In this document: positions 17,309 to 27,600 of the stretch, piece after piece
How the letters are laid out: every line of letters begins with the position of its first letter
Numbering within the stretch: the first letter of the stretch is position 1
NCBI GenBank assembly: GCA_934434555.1
Contig: CAKRZX010000010.1
Span: forward strand, 1,841-65,840
Source of the DNA: an uncultured Clostridia bacterium
GTDB taxonomy: Bacteria; Bacillota; Clostridia; Christensenellales; QALW01
Direction: 5' to 3'
Length of the DNA stretch: 64,000 bases
The notes under the pieces: generated by a model
The model's database searches: none
The model's input: the letters and a program-made list of their open reading frames with translations, nothing else
Told to the model about the DNA's origin: nothing
Position numbers and translations under genes: made by a program

Positions 17309-18337
17309 ATGAAACTTTACAACATCAACCTTCAACTTTTTGCCAACACGGTACAGACCACTCTTCTTTCGGGCTTATCTCCCGAAATGAAAACGTTCTA
17401 CGATATGACGCTTATCGATGAAGCGTCTGCGCAGTTGGTACACGACCAGTTCGGACAGAAGAGACCGATTCCTGCAAACGGCGGTAAGACAATCGAATTC
17501 CGTAAGTTTGCGTCACTTCCCAAAGCCACCACGGCTCTGACCGAGGGCGTAACACCTGACGGTAAGTCGCTCACCGTAACGAGCATTACGGCAACCGTAT
17601 CACAGTACGGTGACTACATTACGCAGTCAGACGTGCTTGAACTGACATCTCTTGATAACACTATCATTGAGGCTACCAAACTTCTCGGCAAACAGGCGGG
17701 CGCAACGCTTGACACCATTGTCCGCAACGTACTTGTGGCGGGTAACAACGTTACATATTGCCCAAAAATCGGCACGGGCGGTGCGGAAACAGCGGTAACT
17801 TCACGTTCAGGTCTTGACACCACCGCAAAACTTACCGTTAAAACGGTGCAGAAAGTTGTTGCAAAACTGCGTGGGCAGAATGCTCCCACAATCAACGGCA
17901 AGTATGTTGCCATTATCCACCCTTATGTTGCGTATGACCTTATGCGTGACCCTGAGTGGATAGACGCTCACAAGTATGCTAATCCCACCAATCTTTACGA
18001 GGGCGAAATCGGCGAAATAGCGGGCGTTCGTTTCGTACAGACTACCGAAGCCAAAGTGTGGAACGACAGCACCTGTCCCGCAAACGGCGATTCTGCGTAT
18101 CATCCCGTATTCGCTACCCTGTTCCTGGGTGACGGTGCTTACGGCGTAACCGAGATTTCGGGCGGCGGTTTGCAGACCATTGTTAAGCAGAAAGGCAGTG
18201 CAGGTACGGCTGACCCGCTTGACCAGCGTTCAAGCGTAGGTTGGAAAGCCATTAAGACCGCAGAACTTCTTGTTCCGAACTATCTTGTTCGTGTAGAATC
18301 CTGCTCACCTGACTTTGACACCACTGCGGCAAACTAA
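17309..18337 (+). CDS. Major capsid protein (HK97-fold, possibly N4-gp56-like family) with an N-terminal Prp cleavage motif
   Basis: MKLYNINLQLFANTVQ. 342 aa. Strong SD. Followed by a perfect 10-bp hairpin. Confidence 0.8.
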   Translation: MKLYNINLQLFANTVQTTLLSGLSPEMKTFYDMTLIDEASAQLVHDQFGQKRPIPANGGKTIEFRKFASLPKATTALTEGVTPDGKSLTVTSITATVSQYGDYITQSDVLELTSLDNTIIEATKLLGKQAGATLDTIVRNVLVAGNNVTYCPKIGTGGAETAVTSRSGLDTTAKLTVKTVQKVVAKLRGQNAPTINGKYVAIIHPYVAYDLMRDPEWIDAHKYANPTNLYEGEIGEIAGVRFVQTTEAKVWNDSTCPANGDSAYHPVFATLFLGDGAYGVTEISGGGLQTIVKQKGSAGTADPLDQRSSVGWKAIKTAELLVPNYLVRVESCSPDFDTTAAN

Positions 18338-18345
18338 TTGACCAC

Positions 18346-18372
18346 ATCGGGAGGGCTTTCTTCCCTCCCGAT
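18346..18372 (+). terminator. Hairpin after the capsid gene (attenuating terminator)
   Basis: ATCGGGAGGG, 7 nt loop, CCCTCCCGAT. Only a weak T tract follows. Confidence 0.5.
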
Positions 18373-18394
18373 ATATTTTACGGAGGTAATAATT

Positions 18395-18628
18395 ATGGCA
18401 GAAGTAAAAGAACACAAAGAAGTGAAAGAAGCAAAAGAAAAAACAGTAAAGATAAAACTTCCCCGAATGAAAGACGAGCCTGATATGTTTGTCAGCGTTA
18501 ATGAGCGCACGTGGCTCATTAAACGTGGCGTGGAAGTAAAAGTACCCGAATGCGTTGCCGAAGTCATACGAAACGGCGAAGCAATGCAGGAAGAAGCATA
18601 TAACTTTGACGAAAGCGTCAAAAACTGA
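18395..18628 (+). CDS. Hypothetical small lysine/glutamate-rich virion-module protein
   Basis: ATG at 18395 after SD ggagg, downstream of the hairpin. A second hairpin (18646-18668) follows. Confidence 0.5.
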   Translation: MAEVKEHKEVKEAKEKTVKIKLPRMKDEPDMFVSVNERTWLIKRGVEVKVPECVAEVIRNGEAMQEEAYNFDESVKN

Positions 18629-18690
18629 ACATATCGTCTGATATCAAGGGGGACATTTCGTCTCCCTTTCTTTGAATAGGGGGAATAACA

Positions 18691-19062
18691 GTGACAATAA
18701 GTGAAGCAATTGCACGTACTGACGCATTGAAGCCTAACGATTATACCCAAAACGAAAAGATTCAGTGGCTGTCACGTGCGGATTGGCAGATAAAAAACGA
18801 AATAATAGACACGCACGAGGGAGCGGAGAATGTGACCTTTAACGGATACACGGGTACTACTCCCACCGACACGGAACTTCTTGCGGGCGAACCGTATGAT
18901 GAACTGTATATTGCGTGGCTTATGGCGCAGATTGATTATTTTAATTCGGAATACGCAAAGTACAATCAGAACATAACGAAGTTCAACGATACGTATTATG
19001 CGTTTTCAAAAGATTACAACAGGACACATATGCCCAAGGGAACGAAGATAAAGTATTTTTAG
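18691..19062 (+). CDS. Putative head-tail adaptor/head completion protein
   Basis: 123 aa. GTG start with a G-rich SD. The call rests on position after the capsid gene only. Confidence 0.4.
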   Translation: MTISEAIARTDALKPNDYTQNEKIQWLSRADWQIKNEIIDTHEGAENVTFNGYTGTTPTDTELLAGEPYDELYIAWLMAQIDYFNSEYAKYNQNITKFNDTYYAFSKDYNRTHMPKGTKIKYF

Positions 19063-19074
19063 GGAGGCGGCAAG

Positions 19075-20904
19075 GTGAGATATTCGACCATAACAGAAAT
19101 TGCAACATCAAGGGATATGATTGATGTGTTTAGGGGATATAACCACAATATTCGAATCGGTGAAAGTGAATTCTATGATATGAAGAACCTTACATCGTCA
19201 TATTACCCTGTTCTTTCGCCGAGAAATAAAAGAGGTATATATGAGTACCCTGCAAGTGAAACGGAGGTTATACACTCTCCCAACGGGCTTATAAGCAAAG
19301 ACGCATTGTGCTATGTGGACGGAACGACGCTGTATATAAATAAATTACCCGTTGCGGGACTGACATTAACGGATACGCCGAAACAACTTATATCTATGGG
19401 CGCATATATCATCATAATGCCCGATAAAAAATACGTAAATACAAAGGACCTGTCAGATTGCGGGAGCATTGAGGCAGCATTCACGTCCTCGTCAACGGTT
19501 ACATACTCGATGTGTAAAGCTGACGGCAGCGATTACGGCAAGACGCCCATAATATCAAATACCGAACCTGAAAACCCCGAGAATACGGACCTGTGGATAG
19601 ATACATCGTCAACACCGCATACATTAAAGCAGTATTCGGAAACAAGTGCCGTGTGGGTGCAGATTGCAACTACATATGTCAAGATATCCTGTGCGGGTAT
19701 TGGAGCGGCATTCAAACAGTACGATGCCGTAAAGATATCGGGAATCGACAATACAATTACACAAATGAAAGACCTTGAAGGTCAGGTAAGCCCGCTATGG
19801 GAAGTGTATCACGACAAGGACAATGCGGCGGATGATTACATTGTAGTTATTGGGATACTTGATACATCAACAACACAAACAAGTGAAATTACGGTCGAGC
19901 GGAGAATGCCGAACCTTGACTTTATTATTGAATCAAATAACCGTTTGTGGGGGTGTAGGTACGGCTTAGATATAAACGGAAATGTCGTAAATGAAATCTA
20001 TGCGTCCAAACTCGGCGATTTTAAGAACTGGAACTGCTTTATGGGACTGTCAACCGACAGTTATACTGCGTCCTGCGGTACTGACGGACAGTTTACGGGT
20101 GCAATTACACACCTCGGCTATCCTCTTTTCTTCAAAGAGAATTGCTTGCACAAGGTGTACGGAAACTATCCTGCAAACTATCAGATACAGACTACCGAAT
20201 GTCGCGGCGTAATGAAAGGCGCGGGCAAAAGTCTTGCTATCGTAAATGAAGCATTGTTTTATAAATCAAGGACGGGCGTGTGCGTTTATGACGGGTCTCT
20301 GCCCGCGGAAATATCATCAGCCTTTGGAGAAATCAAATATACCGGGGTTGATACTGATATGTCGGATACTCTCCGTAATGGTGCTGTTGCGGGGGCGCAT
20401 AACAACAAGTACTATATCTCAATGAAATCCGAAGCGGACGGAAAGTGGTATTTGTTTGTTTATGATACATCGGCGGGAATGTGGCACAAGGAAGATAACA
20501 CGCGAGTTGATACATTCTGTTCCTGTGACGGCGAACTCTATTACATAGACCGTGCAGAAGCCAAAATAAAGACGATATTAGGCTCGGGAACACAGGAAGC
20601 AGCAAAGATACAGTGGATGGCTGAAACGGGCGTTTTAGGCACGTCTATGCCTGATAAGAAGTATATATCACGGCTTAATATCCGAATGTCACTTGCAGTC
20701 GGCACGGCAGTATCGTTTTATGTGCAGTATGATTCGGAGGCAGAGTGGACAAAAATATCTGCCGTAACGGGTACAAGCCTCAGAAGTTTCACACTGACGG
20801 TAAGACCGAAACGGTGCGACCATTTCAGGCTCCGCATTAAGGGCGAGGGTGAAGCAAAGATATATTCAATAGCAAAAACGGTTGAACAGGGGAGTGATAT
20901 TTAA
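19075..20904 (+). CDS. Large virion structural protein (609 aa; tail/adaptor-associated, beta-rich)
   Basis: Called on position. GTG start with SD gggagg. A positional counterpart occurs in the second module (49417-50901). Confidence 0.45.
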   Translation: MRYSTITEIATSRDMIDVFRGYNHNIRIGESEFYDMKNLTSSYYPVLSPRNKRGIYEYPASETEVIHSPNGLISKDALCYVDGTTLYINKLPVAGLTLTDTPKQLISMGAYIIIMPDKKYVNTKDLSDCGSIEAAFTSSSTVTYSMCKADGSDYGKTPIISNTEPENPENTDLWIDTSSTPHTLKQYSETSAVWVQIATTYVKISCAGIGAAFKQYDAVKISGIDNTITQMKDLEGQVSPLWEVYHDKDNAADDYIVVIGILDTSTTQTSEITVERRMPNLDFIIESNNRLWGCRYGLDINGNVVNEIYASKLGDFKNWNCFMGLSTDSYTASCGTDGQFTGAITHLGYPLFFKENCLHKVYGNYPANYQIQTTECRGVMKGAGKSLAIVNEALFYKSRTGVCVYDGSLPAEISSAFGEIKYTGVDTDMSDTLRNGAVAGAHNNKYYISMKSEADGKWYLFVYDTSAGMWHKEDNTRVDTFCSCDGELYYIDRAEAKIKTILGSGTQEAAKIQWMAETGVLGTSMPDKKYISRLNIRMSLAVGTAVSFYVQYDSEAEWTKISAVTGTSLRSFTLTVRPKRCDHFRLRIKGEGEAKIYSIAKTVEQGSDI

Positions 20905-21632
20905 TGAGCGTTGAAATCAGATTGCCGAACATAACCGCGCCTACCGCAGACGGTCAAATGCAACAGATGAAGTCGTATATGTATCAACTTGTGCAACAGT
21001 TAAATTGGGCATTACATACCGCAGAAAGCGGAACAACGGAAAGCACGGGCGGCAGTAATGTTGTTGCGGCAAGCACAACTGCGGCAACGTCACAGGAAAA
21101 TGCGCAGGATACATTTAATTCGATTAAATCGCTGATAATTAAATCTGCCGATATAGTGAATGCATATTACGACATTATGCAGGAGCGGTTCAGCGGAGAA
21201 TATGTTGCTGAATCGGAGTTCGGAACATATAAGGAAGAAACGAATGCACTGATTACCAAAAACTCTGATTCCGTAAAAGCACTGTATGAGAATCTGCAAA
21301 CTGTTACGGCGGAAGTCAACAGGATAATAGACACCAATGCGTGGACAAAATCGGGCTTGCTTGGGTATGAAGAAAACGGAGTTCCCATATACGGCTTTGA
21401 GGTAGGTCAGAAAACGGTTGTAGACGGCGTGGAAATATTTGATAAATTCTCGCGTTTTACCGCGGGAGGCATATATTTTTATTTGCCCGGTGCGAAAGAC
21501 CCCATTGCTTGGTTGTCGGGAACAAAATTGTATATTACAAACGCCGAAATAACGGGCGAAATGAAAATAGCGGGATTTAAGATTGTAAAGGTAAACGGGC
21601 TTGCATTTAAGTGGGTAGGGGGTATGTCTTAA
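20904..21632 (+). CDS. Virion structural protein (242 aa)
   Basis: Translationally coupled (TAATG) at both ends. Confidence 0.4.
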   Translation: MSVEIRLPNITAPTADGQMQQMKSYMYQLVQQLNWALHTAESGTTESTGGSNVVAASTTAATSQENAQDTFNSIKSLIIKSADIVNAYYDIMQERFSGEYVAESEFGTYKEETNALITKNSDSVKALYENLQTVTAEVNRIIDTNAWTKSGLLGYEENGVPIYGFEVGQKTVVDGVEIFDKFSRFTAGGIYFYLPGAKDPIAWLSGTKLYITNAEITGEMKIAGFKIVKVNGLAFKWVGGMS

Positions 21633-23533
21633 TGTCTACAAGCGGCAGTTTCAATACATCTGCGTATGTGGGAAGTACAACGCAGAGATATCTGACGTTC
21701 AGTTGGGAAAGAACATCGTATTCAATAGAGAATAACACAACGACAATCAGTTGGCAGTTAAAAGGTGCGGGCGGAAACAGTTATACGTATTTCAAGGCGG
21801 GGAATTTCTCGGTTGAGATTGACGGAACGGTTGTTTATTCTTCAACAACAAGGATAGAACTCTATAACGGAACACTGGTGGCAAGCGGAACATATACGTT
21901 CAGACACAATAACAGCGGGAATCGCTCTTTCAGTGCATCGGCAAAGGCGGGCATATATAACAGTGCCGTAAACTGCACGGGGTCGGGAAGTTGGGACTTG
22001 GATTCGATAGCGCGAGCGTCTCAGCCGAGGCTGTCAAGCACGACTGCCAATTTCGGTACAACAATAACGATATACACGGATACGGCGTCATCTGTGTTCA
22101 AGCATAAGGCATATTACAGGCTGGCTTCGTCGGGATGGACACAAATTATAGACGAAGACCCCGCGGTCGGCTCGGGAGGGCAGTACTGGACAGGCTCTGC
22201 TTTATGGACGGTCCCTGTTGATTTAATGAATGCTGTTATATACAGTAAAAGTGCAACGGTTACGATACGGCTTGATACATATTCCGATATATCTTTTTCA
22301 AATAAAATCGGTGAAAAAACAACAACGCTTACCGCAACCGTTCCCGAAAACGACAGCACAAGACCCGCCGTATCCCTGTCGGCTTCGCCCGATAACTCAC
22401 TGATACCGACCTCGGTAAGAAGCGCATTTGACGGAATGTATATTCAGGGTGTGTCGAAAGTTTCAGCCACAGTTTCCGCCACAGGTAAATATAACGCGGG
22501 CATTGCGTCTTATCTTACACAAATAGACGGGAACAGTTACAATTCTGCGGTTTTTACGTCTGACTTTTTAACGCTTTCAGGCAGCAAAAAGATAGTTTCC
22601 GCCGTAAAAGACACAAGAGGAATAACAAACTCGGACGATACGACCGTTAATGTTACGGAATATTCAAAGCCGAAAGTTATACCCGTTTCGTCTGCTGCCG
22701 AAGTTCTGTGTTACAGAAGTGATGAAAGCGGCAGCCCCACAAACAACAGTAACAGAGTGTGGGTAAAGGCAAAGAAAGACTTTTATACTTTGGAGAATAA
22801 AAACTCCTGCGTACTCCGATACAGATATAAACTCGGCACGGAAGAATGGGGAAATCAGCCGTGGACGGAACTCCAAACAACAAACAATGAATATAATGCA
22901 TTGCTTGATATCACATTGCCCGTGACAAACACATATATGGTTGAAATCGGGGTCACTGATACCATAGGAAAAACAAGCTCGCTGTACTTTGATATTCCTA
23001 CTGACGATGTGCCATTACATCTTGGTGCGGGCGGAAAAACAGTGGGTATAGGCAGATATGCGGATATAAGTAAGGAATATCACGTTGATATCGGGTGGGA
23101 GACCTCATTTGATGAAAATGTGAATGTAGAAAAAGACCTAAACGTAGAAGGCGCGGCACATTTAGGGGAGGTTTACATTTCGGGCGTAAAGGTAGATTAT
23201 ATTATAGAGCAAGGCACACAGGACGGGTGGACGTATCAAAAGTGGACAAACGGTACCGCAATTTGTTTTTGTAATGTTAATATGCCGATTTCAAATAACG
23301 GTTGGGGCGGCGGTTGGTCTTATGCCGAGGGAAGCGCAAAAAACTATCCGTTTGCATTCATTGCACCGCCGCAGTGTTTTATATCAATGCACGACTACAC
23401 AAGTCTTGCTTTACCAGCAATAAGAGCGAGCGGGACTGCTACAAAAACGCCTGTTCCGGCATTTGCAAGACCGTCGACTTGGACGGAGGACAGCATAAAT
23501 ATAAGTTTCTTTGCCATAGGCAAATGGAAATAA
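21632..23533 (+). CDS. Putative tail/receptor-binding protein
   Basis: The N-terminal region (TISWQLKGAGGNSYTYFKAGNFSVEIDGTVVYSS...) resembles the DUF859-like tail protein pattern. The rest is beta-rich and S/T-rich. Confidence 0.4.
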   Translation: MSTSGSFNTSAYVGSTTQRYLTFSWERTSYSIENNTTTISWQLKGAGGNSYTYFKAGNFSVEIDGTVVYSSTTRIELYNGTLVASGTYTFRHNNSGNRSFSASAKAGIYNSAVNCTGSGSWDLDSIARASQPRLSSTTANFGTTITIYTDTASSVFKHKAYYRLASSGWTQIIDEDPAVGSGGQYWTGSALWTVPVDLMNAVIYSKSATVTIRLDTYSDISFSNKIGEKTTTLTATVPENDSTRPAVSLSASPDNSLIPTSVRSAFDGMYIQGVSKVSATVSATGKYNAGIASYLTQIDGNSYNSAVFTSDFLTLSGSKKIVSAVKDTRGITNSDDTTVNVTEYSKPKVIPVSSAAEVLCYRSDESGSPTNNSNRVWVKAKKDFYTLENKNSCVLRYRYKLGTEEWGNQPWTELQTTNNEYNALLDITLPVTNTYMVEIGVTDTIGKTSSLYFDIPTDDVPLHLGAGGKTVGIGRYADISKEYHVDIGWETSFDENVNVEKDLNVEGAAHLGEVYISGVKVDYIIEQGTQDGWTYQKWTNGTAICFCNVNMPISNNGWGGGWSYAEGSAKNYPFAFIAPPQCFISMHDYTSLALPAIRASGTATKTPVPAFARPSTWTEDSINISFFAIGKWK

Positions 23534-23551
23534 AAAAGGAGGATAAATCAA

Positions 23552-24685
23552 ATGGCATTCAGTTATAAAAGAAAAGACGCAAACGATTACGATAACGTAA
23601 GACTTGCAAGAGAAAATTTGGACGCAAACAGCAATTATAAACAGTCTGACGCTGTAACGGCGGCAATAAAGGCGCGGGACGAACACGCCGCAAACAAAAT
23701 AGGGGATTGGACGGGCGGTACATATGGACAGGCTGTTAAAGACGCGCTTGACAAAATCAACAACCGGGAGAAATTCTCTTACGATATTAACGGTGATGCA
23801 CTGTATCAGCAGTACAAGAATCAGTATATCAATCAGGGCAGACTTGCTATGGCGGACACTATCGGTCAGGCTTCGGCTATGACAGGCGGTTATGGAAATT
23901 CATATGCTGCCGCCGTAGGCAATCAGGCATATCAGGGGTACTTGCAGAAATTAAATGACGTTGTGCCGGAACTGTATCAAATGGCATTGAACAGGTACAA
24001 TCAGGAGGGACAAGACCTTAAAGATAATCTGACTATCAATCAAAACCTGTATAACACGGAATACGGAGAGTATAGGGACAGGGTTTCCGATTGGAACGCA
24101 GAACAGAGCCGACTTGATTCAAATGCATACAACGAAGCGAATCTTGATTATTCAAAGTTTACGGATAACCGTGATTATCTTGCAAAGTTATATTCTACGG
24201 CTCTTGATTGGGCTACAAACGACGCTAATACGGATTATAACAACAGATTCAACGAATATCAGCAGAAAGTATCGGATGACCAGTGGAACAAGTCGTACAA
24301 TCTGTCAAAGGCGCAGGCAAATCAGTCTGCTGCCATTGCCGCATTGCAGGATGAACTTAAACAGGATAACTACTATAAGGCGATAGCAAACATTGATGAA
24401 GTGCCGACAGAAAAATTCAAGGCGCGCAGAGTAAAGAGAGACGGTGAGTGGTGTTGGATTGTCGGAAAGAAAAAATATAGCAATTATACAGATGCATTAG
24501 ATGCCGAAAAGTATATGTATAACGGCAAAGCCTATGATACATATGAGGATGCGGTAAGTGCATATTTAGATACTTATGATTTGTCAGAAGCACAAATAAA
24601 CGATATCTTCGATAGATTGGACAAGAAAAACGGCACAAAAAGCAGTGTTGTAAAAGGCGTTATTGATTTTTTTAGAAAGGAATGA
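23552..24685 (+). CDS. N/Q/Y/D-rich virion-module protein (possible internal/ejection protein)
   Basis: 377 aa with compositional bias. Sits directly upstream of the giant gene. Confidence 0.35.
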   Translation: MAFSYKRKDANDYDNVRLARENLDANSNYKQSDAVTAAIKARDEHAANKIGDWTGGTYGQAVKDALDKINNREKFSYDINGDALYQQYKNQYINQGRLAMADTIGQASAMTGGYGNSYAAAVGNQAYQGYLQKLNDVVPELYQMALNRYNQEGQDLKDNLTINQNLYNTEYGEYRDRVSDWNAEQSRLDSNAYNEANLDYSKFTDNRDYLAKLYSTALDWATNDANTDYNNRFNEYQQKVSDDQWNKSYNLSKAQANQSAAIAALQDELKQDNYYKAIANIDEVPTEKFKARRVKRDGEWCWIVGKKKYSNYTDALDAEKYMYNGKAYDTYEDAVSAYLDTYDLSEAQINDIFDRLDKKNGTKSSVVKGVIDFFRKE

Positions 24686-24691
24686 AGATAA

Positions 24692-27600
24692 ATGGGAAAG
24701 GCGTCAGACGTTTTACGTAAGAGAAGAGCACACGGCAGTTCATATTATGCAATAGAGAATGATACAGCCCAAAGCACAAAGTCTGCTTCGGAGATTCTTA
24801 ATGAAAGGAGAATCAAAAAGTACAGAACCGAACTTAATGCACTCAATATGCAGCCGTTGTATGATTACAAGGATTTCGGGCTTTCGGAAGAAAATAAAAA
24901 ATCGTATAATGCGAGGATATCCGAGTACAAAACCGCATTGAACAATCTGAAAAAGTATGATAAATCTATCACGAACGATGATTATAACGGATACATAAAA
25001 TCCCTCGATGCATTATCGCAGAAGTTTGACGTTCTGTCTGCCTTTGACTCTGAGGACGAACTTAACAAGGCGATTGAATATCAGAAAGACAGGGAAGCAA
25101 AACTTTCGTTCGACCTCGAAAAAGGAAAAAGCGAACTTGATAACCTTAAAGATATTCAAGAGAAAATAAGAACTGCATACAAGGGAAAGTCAAAACTTAA
25201 CTATCAGGACTATGTCAACGGTTATGTTCGTGCGGGTTACGGCAAGGAAAAAGCAGAGGAACTTGCAAAAGAAGCGGTGAACAGCAATCTCACAAACGAC
25301 GCAGTTTTAGATTCTCAAATTGCGGAATATCTTGACGGGACAGGCTATAAAACCTCGGAGGAATTTAATAATGCGGTAGCCGAAAAAGAGCAGTTCTATA
25401 ATCAGGCAAAGTTGCTTCAAAATAACGAAGCACTTACAAATGATGCGCTTAGTGCTTCCGACTTTGCGGAATATGCGCAAAAGGGTAAGGAACTTGTGCC
25501 AAAAAATGATTGGTGGTATGAATGGGATAAAAACATCAATGTTGTTGAAGCGAATAGAAGAAAAGTAAGCAATGAATTGGGCTTGTACGAAAAAGTTGGC
25601 GTTATTTCGAAAGAGACAGCCACAACACCACAAAAACAGGTAGGTATAGGACGAAAAGATAAGGTTAACGCAATCCTGATGATGAACGACGAAGAGGTTC
25701 AAATATACGACTACTATTTGGGCAAATACGGGAAGAAATCGGCAGAAGAATACTACAAAACTATTGAGCCTACTCTTAATGCAAGAGCGGCAGGCATAAT
25801 ATTTGATGAAACATATAATGGAAAAATGGGAACGGAAATGCTCCACGGAGTTATTGCAGGCTTTGAGAATTTCGGTACAGGAATTAAAAATCTTCCCAAC
25901 GCAGTAGGACTTAAAGATGATGATTATATCACGCCTACGGTGAATCAGATGGTATCGGGCAGTATCCGGGAAGACCTTGCAGACAAAGGTCCTGAAATAT
26001 TAGGCAGTTCTTTGGGGCAGATAGGATATGACACAATTACCACGATATCTAATATGATTCCCAGTATAGTTGCTTCATACGCGACAGCGGGTGCTGCTTC
26101 TGCACTTGGCGTATCGGCTGCCGCGGCACAGACAGCGGGTAATATTGCCGGTAACGTTCTGCTTGGTGCTTCGGCGGCGGGAAATGAATATGCGGAAATG
26201 CTTAATTCGGGAATGAATAAAGAGCAGGCGAGAGCACTCAGTATTGTTCAGGGTACTTGGGAGGGTGCGTCTGAATACTATCTTGGTGCAATCGAGGGGC
26301 TTGGCGCAAACAAAATAGGCAAAATAATAGGCGGTACAAAGTTTGCAAATATTTTGGGAAAGGCGGGAAACGGTACAGTAAAAGCCATTCTTGACTTTTT
26401 TGGAGACGCAGCAACCGAGGGTATGGAAGAGGTCATACAGGATATCGGTTCAAGTGTTATCAACGGTGTTATGACCGATAAGTGGGAATTCTCATCAGCC
26501 GAAGAGGAAGTGTACAATTTCGTTCTCGGTGCATTGACCGCAGGAGTTATGAACGGCGGAACAGCCCTTTTCCGCGGCTCTGTGAATGCGGTAGGCAACA
26601 TAGGGGATAACGTTACGTACGGCAAAATGTACAAAGGTGATGTTAATGCGCAAAACCTACTTGTCGAAGAGGGGCTTGCGTCCGATGACGGCACAAAGAG
26701 CAAAAAACTTGCTGAGAAATACAAAAGCAGATTAAATAACGGTAAAGAACTCACGGGAAATCAGTTGCGTAAACTTATCAACGCAAATGAGCAGGCGATT
26801 ATTGCCGAAGATGTGACAAGCATTAAGTCGAATGTCTCGGAATATCTCTCGGAACTCGGAGAGACGGGGAACATTGATGAAATTTCTTCCGCTGTTGCAG
26901 ATATGCTTGTGGGCAAAGAGATATCTCCTTATCAGGAAAAAGTGCTTGAAACAAGTAAGTATGCCAGTCGTATAATAAACGAACTCAATCCCGAAAACAT
27001 TAAGAGCGGGGAGTATTCTACTTATCTCCCAAAGAAACTTGATACAAACAGAATAAATCCCGATGTTTACGGGCTTGCGGCAGAGGTAAGCAAGAATGTA
27101 TCCGCAAACGAAAGTAATAGTGCAAATGCGGGTTATTCCTTGCCGGCAGTAGGCAAAACGGTTGCGCCCAAAACAAACCTCATCGGTGCTGCCGATATCA
27201 ATGTCGAAAACCGGATTTCAGAGGATGGCAAAACGAAGTCTGTATCCACGGGAAAGGAAATCACCGTCAATAAGGAAGATGCTTTTGCTTCTGCGAAAAA
27301 CGGGGAAGTATACCTCAATACAGACCAAGGCACCGTAAAATTAAGCGATATTGAATTCGGTACAAAGAACGAGGCATTGCTTTATGAGGCATTTTCCGAT
27401 TTGAATCCGACCATAGCCAATTCGGCTATCAAGCAGTATGACGGCAAAACGCCTATAATGACTTATATCAACGGTATGCTTCAAGGCATCAATCTGTATG
27501 GAAAGTATAATTTCAAAGGCGTTGGCATTGATATATCTGCCGATTCATTCTTTGCGGAACTTTCACAGGCAGACCAAAAGCTTGCGTTGGGTCTTGGCAG

